From Podarcis cretensis (lineage: Eukaryota), in contig OX638161.1 in the NCBI GenBank assembly GCA_951804945.1, positions 4,340,001 to 4,404,000 on the forward strand: a stretch of 64,000 nucleotides of DNA, in the 5' to 3' direction. The translations under genes and the position numbers were made by a program. The notes under the pieces are model-generated. The model was not told where the DNA came from. It was given only the letters and a program-made list of their open reading frames with translations, and ran no database searches. Positions 1 to 9,602 of the stretch are shown one piece after another. Within the stretch, counting starts at the first letter, position 1. Every line of letters starts with the position of its first letter.

Positions 1-412
1 TCTTAGATATGAAAAAAATAATATTTTATGCTAACAAATTGGCTTTGTTACTTTTTTGCGTTGGTTGTTGAAGATGAGCTAAGGAGGTTATGGTTATAAG
101 ACAGAAACTCTGATACCAGGTCAAAAGCTTTGAATGCCACAGATTACATGCATATTATAGTTCCTTTCTTCTTGTCTTTCTCTGCAATGCCGTATATATC
201 ATAATGCATCCCCTCTCGCCAGGGCTTGTGCAACTAAGTGATCTCAGGTGCAGCTGTTTTAATACAAGCCATCTGATGAGTTGGTTAAACTGATTTTCTT
301 CTTATTTCGTAGGCTTTGAAATGTAAGAGCAATGTAAGATTTTGACCCTTGCTTAGGGCCTGAAGCAGAGACTGGAATTGTTTTGAATTTCTAATGCTTT
401 ATGCCTTTTTAG

Positions 413-521
413 CTTCCAAGCAATTTGCGGAAGAGGTCTTAAAAGCCCACAATGACTACAGGAAGAAGCATGGAGTTCCCTCACTAAAACTCTGCAAGAA
501 GTTAAACAGGGAAGCACAGCA
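413..521 (+). CDS. GLIPR2: GLIPR2/GAPR-1 (CAP superfamily) coding exon 2; exon 1 (MGKS) lies upstream of the window
   Basis: ttttag acceptor and gtgagt donor; 109 bp encodes (A)[35 protein letters not shown](Q), matching vertebrate GLIPR2. Confidence 0.96.
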
Positions 522-588
522 GTGAGTACAACTACTTCTTTGTTTTGTTAATTGAAGAGTTTATCGGTATTGCAGTACTTTTGATTTA

Positions 589-906
589 CAGTGGTGCCTC
601 GCAAGACGAAAAGAATCCGTTCCACGATTCTCTTCATCTAGCGGTTTTTTCGTCTTGCGAAGCAAGCCCATTGACGGCTTAGCGGATTAGCGCTATTAGC
701 GGCTTAGTGCGGCTTAGTGGATAAGCAGATAAGCGGCTTAGCGGCTTAGAAAAAGGGGGGGAAAGGGAAAAAAACCCGCAGGAACTCGCAAGACATTTTC
801 GTCTTGCAAAGCAAGCCCATAGGAAATTCGTTTTGCGAAGCACTTCCAAAACGGAAAACCCTTTCGTCTAGCGGGTTTTCCGTCTTGCGAGGCATTCGTC
901 TTGCGG
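589..906. mobile_element. Non-autonomous Tc1/mariner (Tigger-like) element, right end eroded
   Basis: TA|CAGTGGTGCCTCGCAAGACGAA start; internal inverted CGTCTTGCGA repeats and TAGCGGCT-like repeats. Confidence 0.7.
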
Positions 907-1169
907 TTTGTTGGTACTCAAATCCTCATGGATTTATTTCCTTGAACAATAAAAAAGACATTTTTTCCCACTGCCAGGATCAGCATAATTGTCTTCTCCA
1001 GTGGTGCCATATTTTGGAAGAGCAAGCTAGCACACAGCAAAATCTCTAGTAATTTCTATAAGCATTGGTCGAAAGGAAGAAGAAAACTTAAATGTTGTTA
1101 ATGCCAATGGCTGGCACTACCAAAGAATATTAGAGCTAAGGAACACAAGCAAAATTACATGGTGCATGT

Positions 1170-1266
1170 TGTTGTTGTTCAGTCGTGTCCGACTCTTTGT
1201 GACCCCCTGGACCAGAGCATGCCAGGCACTCCTGTCTTCCACTGTCTCCCGCAGTTTGGTCAAACT
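1170..1266 (-). mobile_element. 5'-truncated RTE/BovB 3' fragment with (CAA)n tail
   Basis: Flanked by the direct repeat CATGGTGCATGT (1158-1169 and 1267-1278); similar to 26141-26250. Confidence 0.75.
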
Positions 1267-1439
1267 CATGGTGCATGTAGCTAAGCTCTAATGTTCTTTG
1301 GTATTGCCAGCGATTCACACCACTATTTCTTGGACCAGTTCACACAGTTGGTAGGTCTCATAGAATGGGATGCTTCTCTCTACAAAAAGACCACCCAGAA
1401 TAGACACAGTAGCTCCTAGCATGTCTGAGAGAAGGGGCC

Positions 1440-2560
1440 TTGCCTCGCTTATCCCTCATGTGCTAGTTTTCTGGATGTATTAAATTTATATAATCTTTCA
1501 AGCATTCTGATGCTCACCCTGTCTCTAAAAACTAAACAGTTGCTATCATGTTCCTGTTGAGGAAAAGATATTAACTGGCTGGTTTGAGGAGGATCACTTC
1601 ATGGTGTTGACACCCATAGCTTGGCCACTGCCAGAACTCCTTCATGGGGACCTGTGGGTGCTTAGAGACACACTGTGAAGCCGGGAGCATTGCATTCTGT
1701 TGCGCTATCAACATTCCAAGCGTATTATAGGGTTTGGTAATCTTTGGAAGTCTTTAGGTCTCACGGCAGGGCTGCCTCACACTTTCCTCCTCCTCAGGCG
1801 GACGATCATATCCCTTAAGGAACGGGGATTAGCTGCAAAATACCACGGCTTTGCATGTAGCTGTGTTCACATCATTCAGCAAAATCCTGCAGCTTCCAGA
1901 ACCTCTGTGACTACTTCCATGTATGGAAGCTGCTGGAAGGCTGGTGCAGAAGCTACCCCCCCCAGCCCAGGACACTAAAAAACCAATTGCATACACTGCC
2001 CTAAGGGACATATAGACTGTGTTGGGCCCCATGGACTGGTCAAAGTACAAAGCTTTCTTTGGGGAGCTGTGGGTCAGTGTGCTGGGTGATATGTGCCTGT
2101 CCCAGTCTTCCTTAAGGGTTCAGGTACAGGTTTCTAAGACAGACCAGTGTGGAAAAGGGGCCGGAGGAGGATGAGATGGGAGACAACCTTATGCCCTGGC
2201 TTACATCGCTGATTGTGGTGAAGGCCCTGCCAGATGCCCTTGTCATTAGCTAGGCAAGAATAATCTGAGAAACAGAAAAGGCATCATCAGCCTCACCAGC
2301 CTACCAATCTGGAGAGTCTGCTCTTGAAACACCTCCTTAATATCTATATTTTGGTCTGAACTGTTGGTGCTGCAGCAGTGATAGGGCAGGTTGGGTGTGG
2401 GTGATTCAGCACCCTGGCATTGTAGTTCATAACAGAGGCCTGTCCAGACCTGATGGGGCACATCTGTTGCCAATGGGCACCAAGATGTGGCTGCTGGATG
2501 TTTACAAAGACCTTTGAGAGTGGTTGTAGATGTAAGTAGCTTGGGGGTGAGCTGCCTGAG
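1440..2560 (+). mobile_element. Decayed DIRS/Ngaro-type tyrosine-recombinase retrotransposon remnant
   Basis: Frameshifted motifs in the expected order: RNase H tail (HVP...DLW, ~1544-1660), YR N-terminus (SVALSTFQAYYRVW ~1696; KLLEGW...DTKKPI ~1927-1990), SGNH-like hydrolase (PDALVI.LGKNNL ~2230; PDGAHL ~2449). Confidence 0.6.
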
Positions 2561-4445
2561 GGTGGGGTCAACTGAGGTGGCAGATAAGGCATTGGGTTGA
2601 ATTCCTAGTCAGTGCAGATGGGGAGGCAATTGGGACTTTCACCCCCCACTCCAAGGGGTTGGGGTGCTCCCTTAAAGGTGTCTGGGGGAGGTGCTTCCAT
2701 CCTGACACTCAGATGGGGGCTGATGGGCCAGGATACCCCCCAAAATGGTGATCTTAGAGATCATCCCATTTTGATGTATATCCCGGAGTGATCCTTAACC
2801 TGAGATTACCCTAACCCTTCTTTTATCCCAAAGCAATTATCTTGTTATTATTTCATCTTCCTTGATTAGTCCCCAGCTGCCCACGGCCTCACTGTGTCTG
2901 GACCCACAATCCTGAATTCACACACAAAGTGACCGTCAGTAAGGTGGGTGGGATTTGGCATCATAATAAGGTGATCATTATATCAGAACAAGTATTTGTG
3001 CTTTCTGGACCAAACAACCTCTCCTTTCCTCTCCTAAATGCTTTTCTGGGGATTCTCTCGATCCCCTGAGCTGCTTTAGGAGACTTGGAGGGAGGGGGAA
3101 AGCTTAGTCAAGCTAGCAAGACTCACTGGTTGAATACAGCAAATGACTTTGCAAAAAGCAGTATCAGAAGAGGATCAAAGGCAATCCCGTGCAGATGTTG
3201 AGATCAGATGGGGAAAACAAAAGACAATCCTTCTGGTCATTTGTCCTACAAAGTTAGCACTACTAGGCTATTCTGAGAGAATGCTGCACACATGCCAGAA
3301 AGAGAAGCCCATCGATAGAAAAGGGTAGCCAAAGGAAGATATAAAATCCATGCATGACAAGCAAACGTAGATACTCACGCCAGCCTTCAGACAGAAAACC
3401 CAATAGGATGTAAGTGGGAGTTGAAAATAAAGTAAAGTGCAATAGGGTAAAATTAATGGCATATGGTCCGATTCATTGCGAAAGGCTGTTCACGAAAGTA
3501 TGGGGAGAACTACATGGAATCAGGCACACAACTGTCAGAATGTTGTTCAGTGTTGCAGCCAGAAAAGGGATGCGAGGTAAACACTGATGCAAACTACAAC
3601 TTTTAAAAAAGAGATTCAGAGGAACTAGACCTACTATACTGTCCTGCAGAAGATACCACAGCAGATGTTCTGCAAAACCTTTATCAGGGGAGCGTTGTCA
3701 CAAGCTATTAAGAAAAATCAGCTTTGTGGGTTAATTAATGTGTCTGTTGAGAAGAAGTGTTCGAAAAGGCAATGGTGCATAATTAATTAATACTGTCCTG
3801 AGAGGAAGAAGCCGCTAGAGAGTTAATGTCTATAGGAACGAAAAGCTAAGTGGCCTTCCTGAGCTTTCCGTTCTCGTTTCTCTTCCTGCTTGCTTGTTTC
3901 TGACGTGTGTGGATCTTAAGTGAACGATCCCGTTTGAAGTTTACTGTGCAGCCATGTCTGCCTTTAGTGTGGTGGGCCAGAACCTACTCAGCAACAACGG
4001 AAGCATAGAAATTTTTATGGGAGAATCACCTCAGCATGGAGAGAAGCACACAGCACCGTCAACGTACCAGAGTCCCTCATCAAATGTTGACTCATTTCGA
4101 ATAACAATCTCTTACCCTTTCTACTACGAATATGGCATGGCCCACCCTCAAATTTACCTCTTTTGCACAACCCAGTTTCAGGTCAATCTGTGGGACCATT
4201 TTCTGTCTATAAACTCTGGAACCTACTTCACCCCCCGATTTCTCATTACAGTGGCAGAATGCGATTCAGCTGGCTCACCCTCCACATCCATTGGGTTAGG
4301 GTTAGCATTGGTGTTGCTGTTGGCATTATTAGTATTAGCATTGGGGGGGGGGTCCCTTGGCTCCACCGCTGAGACAGGAGGAGGACATAGGAGCTTGCCA
4401 GCCCCCCACCCCATTTCTAAGGCCAAAGGAAGGAATTATCTAGGA

Positions 4446-4581
4446 CAGGCTTCCTCAACCTCGGCCCTCCAGATGTTCTTGGCCTACAACTCCCATGATC
4501 CCTAGCTAGCAGGACCAGTGGTCAGGGATGATGGGAATTGTAGTCTCAAAACATCTGGAGGGCCGAGGTTGAGGAAGCCTG
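4446..4581. mobile_element. Palindromic hAT-type MITE
   Basis: Long TIRs CAGGCTTCCTCAACCTCGGCCCTCCAGATG; 8-bp TSD ATCTAGGA/GTCTAGGA. Confidence 0.85.
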
Positions 4582-4647
4582 GTCTAGGAAGACCCAAGGG
4601 AGGAGCTTGGGCAGAGGCCATATTTGATGATGGCTATGATGATGTGC

Positions 4648-5012
4648 GGGGGACGCAGGTGGCGCTGTGGGTTAAAGCCTCAGCGCCTAGGGCTTGCCGA
4701 TCGAAAGGTCGGCGGTTCGAATCCCTGCGGCGGGGTGCGCTCCCGCTGCTTGGTCCCAGCGCCTGCCAACCTAGCAGTTCGAAAGCACCTCCGGGTGCAA
4801 GTAGATAAATAGGGACCGCTTACCAGCGGGAAGGTAAACGGCGTTTCCGTGTGCGGCTCTGGCTCGCCAGAGCAGCGATGTCACGCTGGCCACGTGACCC
4901 GGAAGTGTCTCCGGACAGCGCTGGCCCCTGGCCTCTTAAGTGAGATGGGCGCACAACCCCAGAGTCTGTCAAGACTGGCCCGTACGGGCAGGGGTACCTT
5001 TACCTTTACCTT
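4648..5012 (+). mobile_element. Sauria SINE, full length, young
   Basis: tRNA-like head (B-box GGTTCGAATCC), (ACCTTT)n tail, TSD TATGATGATGTGC. Confidence 0.92.
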
Positions 5013-5081
5013 TATGATGATGTGCAAGGGACATCATCATAGCCATCATCAAATATGGCCTCTGCCCAAGCTCCTCCCTTG

Positions 5082-5377
5082 GGTCGGCGGTTCGAATCCC
5101 TGCGGCGGGGTGCGCTCCCGCTGCTCGGTCCCAGCGCCTGCCAACCTAGCAGTTCGAAAGCACCTCCGGGTGCAAGTAGATAAATAGGGACCGCTTACCA
5201 GCGGGAAGGTAAACGGCGTTTCCGTGTGCGGCTCTGGCTCGCCAGAGCAGCGATGTCACGCTGGCCACGTGACCCGGAAGTGTCTCCGGACAGCGCTGGC
5301 CCCTGGCCTCTTAAGTGAGATGGGCGCACAACCCCAGAGTCTGTCAAGACTGGCCCGTACCTTTACCTTTACCTTTT
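5082..5377 (+). mobile_element. Sauria SINE, 5'-truncated second copy
   Basis: Near-identical to 4707-5012, with a 12-bp deletion before the tail; followed by a third TSD copy at 5378-5390. Confidence 0.92.
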
Positions 5378-5385
5378 TATGATGA

Positions 5386-5955
5386 TGTGCTGGTCCAGGG
5401 ATGGGAGGTTACCGTGGGGTGAGGTCCAGGACCTGAGTTGAGGGTCGGCAGACAGTCCTCCACGGGCGAAGCGGGGTCCACAGCGAGAAGCCGGGCAAGG
5501 ACAGGAACTCTGGGGGAACAGGACTGGATGCTGGCCGAAACAGCTCTTCAATGACGTTGCTCCCGCAAACTGGGACCGGGCTGACTGGCCTTTATCTTCT
5601 CTGAGGCCAGGGGCGGTCCCGGCCCCCAGGAGACCCGCCTCTCTTGGCCTTAAGGCGAGCACTCCGCCTGGGAGAAACCAGTTGCCTTCGCCTCTCTGCC
5701 CTTCGCCTCTGCAGTTCAGGAGAGGCTGAAGGGTTACTGGGCCCAGGGGGAGACTCACCTGCAGGCACTGAGTCCTCAACCACCTCCGGAGCCAGAGTGG
5801 ATTCACCTGGTACCTGCTCCTGAGGATCCGGCACAGGCACAGGTGCTTCAGAATCAAGGCCCTGCCCCAGCTCAGCCGGCCCTGGAGGCGGGGACTCCTG
5901 TGCAGGCTGGGATTCCTCTGGTTCAGCCTCTGAATCGGATTCCCAGGCCATCACA
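5386..5955 (-). mobile_element. Solo LTR (Gypsy-like), 570 bp
   Basis: TGTGCTGG...CCATCACA imperfect terminal inverted repeats; perfect 5-bp TSD GATGA (5381-5385 and 5956-5960). Confidence 0.8.
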
Positions 5956-6019
5956 GATGATGATGATGATAAAGATAAAAAAATTACTTACATCCTGCCC
6001 ATCTGACTAGGTGGCTTAA

Positions 6020-6232
6020 AAAGGTAAAGGCACCCCTGACTGTTAGGTCCAGTCGTGACCAACTCTGGGGTTGTGACGCTCATCTCGCTTTATTGGCCAG
6101 TGGAGCTGGCGTACAGCTTCCGGGTCATGTGGCCAGCATGACTAAGCCACTTCTGGCGAACCAGAGCAGCGCATGGAAACGCCGTTTACCTTCCCGCCTG
6201 AGTGGTACCTATTTATCTACTTGCACATTGAC
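6020..6232 (-). mobile_element. Sauria SINE 3' half, older subfamily
   Basis: AAAGGTAAAGG tail; conserved GCCGTTTACCTTCCCGC and CTATTTATCTACTTGCAC core. Confidence 0.85.
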
Positions 6233-6373
6233 ATGGCTTATAGCATAATAAAAGCACAGCAAAGCATGAAACATAAAAAAAAACTTCCTGAAAAGTTTTC
6301 CACACTTGCATGAGTAGCTCTGGGGCACTATGCTGCTCTTATACGGAACATTGTGCATACTCTTCATTTAGAA

Positions 6374-6685
6374 CAGGGGTCACCAACCTACAGCCCGGGG
6401 GCCGGATAAGGCCCAAGGAACTTGTTTATCTGGTCCACAGCGGCAGCCACTGCCTCCGCCCACTCTTACCGGCGCTGTGCGGCACAGCACAGGGACCCAC
6501 TTCCCGTGCAGAGGAGCACCAGAAATAGCTTGTGCACATGTGCACGGGCCTCCTCTGATCCGGATGTGCACTGTAAATAGCATGTGTGTGTGTGCATACG
6601 GGTGCACGCTCCCCCACCCTCTGGCCCGTCATGCAGTTGTCACTGGAGACCCCGGCCCGAGGCAAGGAAAGCTTGGAGACCCCTG
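6374..6685. mobile_element. Non-autonomous hAT element
   Basis: CAGGGGTC...GACCCCTG termini; perfect 8-bp TSD ATTTAGAA. Confidence 0.85.
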
Positions 6686-6781
6686 ATTTAGAACAACCTT
6701 CGCCATTGGCACCCATTTTGCTTCAGCATGATGCAGTCTGTTTATGCTTATGTAAAGATCTTTCCTTTTTTTTATATCTAG

Positions 6782-6885
6782 GTATTCAGAAGCACTTGCT
6801 AGCACCAGAATCCTCAAACACAGTCCTGAATCCAGTAGTGGGAAATGTGGGGAAAACCTGGCATGGGCTTCGTATGATCAGTCAG
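6782..6885 (+). CDS. GLIPR2: GLIPR2 coding exon 3
   Basis: tctag acceptor and gtaag donor; 104 bp encodes [34 protein letters not shown] with the CAP GENL motif; phase fits exons 2 and 4. Confidence 0.96.
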
Positions 6886-8058
6886 GTAAGATAAGTACAT
6901 AGGAAAGACTTGTTAGCATTGCAGTGCTCAAACATTTTCCTCCCAAAACTGTAAGGACTGCAATCTACGCAACACATATGTGATAAAATACCATAGAAAG
7001 CATTTTTATATTTGTCAGTCTAACAGTGGCACAGTGCCATACTTATGCATGTTCAGGTGGGAAATATCCCTCTTGATTCAGTGGGACTTGCTCCTAAATG
7101 AGCATAGGATTGCAGCAAGAAGTTTAAGATAAACATTATTAATTTTCAATGGTTGGAATCGGTTGTATGCTTTGTGTAGGTATCCCAGTGCCACCTTTGG
7201 TACTCTTGTTCGAGGCTCATTGAACGTAGGCAGAGAGCTGGTGTGGTATTGTGTCGATAAAGTTGGATGTGAGCCAGCTTATATTTTTTTCAGTTTTTTA
7301 TTACATTTGTATCCCACCTTTCCTCTAAAAAGCTTGCATCTCCATATCCAGGTACTCAGCCACATTGGCAGAGAAAAAGTGCTTTATATGCTTTGTATAT
7401 GCATTATAATACTGTGACACCAGGTGGCGCTGTAGAGTTCCGTTTTTGCCAACCTGATTTCTCATACGAAGTTTACAATGCGTTTAACTGAAACGCTTCT
7501 TCTTTCATGTGTCTAGATCCAGCCCAGAAATGTTATGGCCCAAGGGTAAGGTAGGGTGTAAATCAGTAGAAAAGAGGCAGAACCTAACTACTGAATCCAA
7601 TATGTTTAAAGTTATTTAACTGCTTTAAATATTAAAACATTTGAATTTTATAAAATTGAAAATGTGCTTAGTGCTTGTCAGTTATCTCTGTGATTTTACA
7701 CTCACCGACCAAAACATTTCTAAATTTATTTTCTCTCAAAATACACATTTTACATTTTGATACATTTTTCAAAACTGCATCAGGACATTTGGTAACTGCA
7801 AAAGACATACTTAGGTGGTCAAAAAAATGCTTTCTCTTTACGTTTTAAATTCAGCTACTTATTGCTGTTGGTCAGAATGGTGTGTGATACTCTTTTTTTC
7901 TAAAACTTTGGGGGTTTTACTAACTTAATTCCAGCTTGGTTAGAATGTTTTTTGAGAGCCCAGAGCTGCCTTGTCTTGGAGGGAAAAAAGAACAGAGTGG
8001 CAGCATTTTTGCACCCCATCAGTTGCAATTTCACAGCATCTTTTCATTCATTTTGCAG

Positions 8059-8136
8059 GGAGCGAAGTAGCTGAGAGATGGTACAACGAAATAAAAAGTT
8101 ACAACTTTCAGAGTCCGGGGTTTTCCTCTGGGACAG
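8059..8136 (+). CDS. GLIPR2: GLIPR2 coding exon 4
   Basis: ttttgcag acceptor and gtgagt donor; 78 bp encodes [26 protein letters not shown]. Confidence 0.96.
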
Positions 8137-8173
8137 GTGAGTATGGGCTTGGCATTGCTTATTGACAGTTAGC

Positions 8174-8590
8174 CAGTACTGGCCCACCTTTGAGGCAAGG
8201 AAAGGGACTGCCTCAGGGAGCAAGATCTGCAGGGGCAGCAGATCCCGTCGCTAAGGAATGTATCACCCACTGCTGCTTTGGTGGTGGCAATGATGGCTGT
8301 GAGACCCTCCTTGGAGGCCACAGCTGCCCCCTCCTTGGCACCCCCCCATGCCGCCTCTCTCACGGCCTCTCAGTGAATAGGAGGCAATGCTGGTCTCCTC
8401 CCACCCCTAGCAAGGAAATGGTGGGCTCCCCTTCCACCCAGTGAGATTCAGAGAGTGGACCTCTCTCTTCCTCTCCCCCCACCTCAGTTGTTGGGTGAGG
8501 TTGAATTGATTTCCCCCCTTCACTCACCCATTCTTCCCTGGTGCAGGGGTGCCATTTAGTGGTTCACCTGAATGTTTTTGGCTGGCCCTG
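8174..8590. mobile_element. Degenerate hAT-like non-autonomous element (related pieces at ~12297-12360 and ~29010-29201)
   Basis: Shared GCCCACC..TGAGGC..GG..AGG.A.CTGCCTCAGG subterminal sequence; GGCTGGCCCTG end. Confidence 0.45.
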
Positions 8591-8829
8591 CAGATAACCT
8601 AAAGGACACTTCTAGTTTCTCACAATATCTCAGACATTAAACATATCCTTTTGACTGAATAGAGGGCGGGGAGGTGGAGGCATGGTATTCAAAATTCAGC
8701 AAGAAACAGGCACTGCGTAACCAAGTGTGAAGAAGCTCAGGCTTAGTAATTTCTAAATATTCCTCTTTCTAACACCATGATTTGAAAAAGCATTGATTCC
8801 AAAGACACACGGTTTAATTTTTCAGGAAA

Positions 8830-9240
8830 TGACAGAGATACCAGTTAGAAGCTTTGCTAACTGCATTGGGTTAACCTGTTAAGTACGGATGTGTTGCCAT
8901 AGAAACAACTAACTAGGGATGCCTTGGGAGCAATAGGCCAGTGACTAGTCAGGGTTAGTCTCATCTGGCGGCACAGGTCGCTGGGAATTCTCAAGAGGAC
9001 AGACATGCTGTCTTTTCTGAAACCAAAGCTATGACTTTGGGGGTTCTCCATGAGGCCTAATGTGGAGCAAGATTGGTTGGAGTGTTCATGCTCTTCCATT
9101 TAATGCTCAGCCTGTGTATGTTTATAAATAAAAGCGTATATCACAAGAGCACCACAGCCTCCAGTGAGCTTCACACCAAGGAACCTGAAACTGAGGTCAA
9201 ACAAACAAGTTAACTAATTGGAGCGCTCCTTAAAACTTTC
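8830..9240 (+). mobile_element. Possible old solo LTR
   Basis: LTR-like composition with AATAAA near 9127; no clean TSD found. Confidence 0.3.
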
Positions 9241-9441
9241 AAATGTATCCTCAAAACAATTGTTCTTTTAAAAAGTTATGAGCAAGCAATACTTTTATTG
9301 TGCACAAAGGTTAATGTCCTTGAGTTAGGACGCTTGAATTTCCTTGAGCAATTTTTCTGAAACCGACTACTGTTCTTGCCCAGTCTTGCATGAGACTCTT
9401 GCCCAGAGCCTGATAGATTCTGTGTGGGGTTTTTCTTTAAG

Positions 9442-9602
9442 GACACTTTACAGCCATGGTCTGGAAGAACACCAAAAAGATGGGAGTTGGAAAGGCAGCT
9501 GCCAGTGACGGCTCCACATTTGTGGTGGCCCGCTATGAGCCTGCTGGCAATATTGTCAACCCTGGTCACTACGAACAGAATGTGCTCCCGCCAAGGAAAT
9601 AA
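9442..9602 (+). CDS. GLIPR2: GLIPR2 last coding exon (stop TAA at 9600-9602)
   Basis: ttttctttaag acceptor; encodes [53 protein letters not shown] with the CAP GHFT.VW signature. A 13-nt exon 1 would give 154 aa, the human length. Confidence 0.96.

Noticed and set aside
670-750. Short TAGCGGCT-like repeats superficially resembling a CRISPR or telomeric array
   Set aside because: Internal repeats of a mariner-type MITE in a eukaryotic genome; no spacers
4624-5187. Repeated ORFs such as ...RKVGGSNPCGGVRSRC...QVDK (also at 21386, 49534 and 63694)
   Set aside because: Chance translations of Sauria SINE copies, not a gene family
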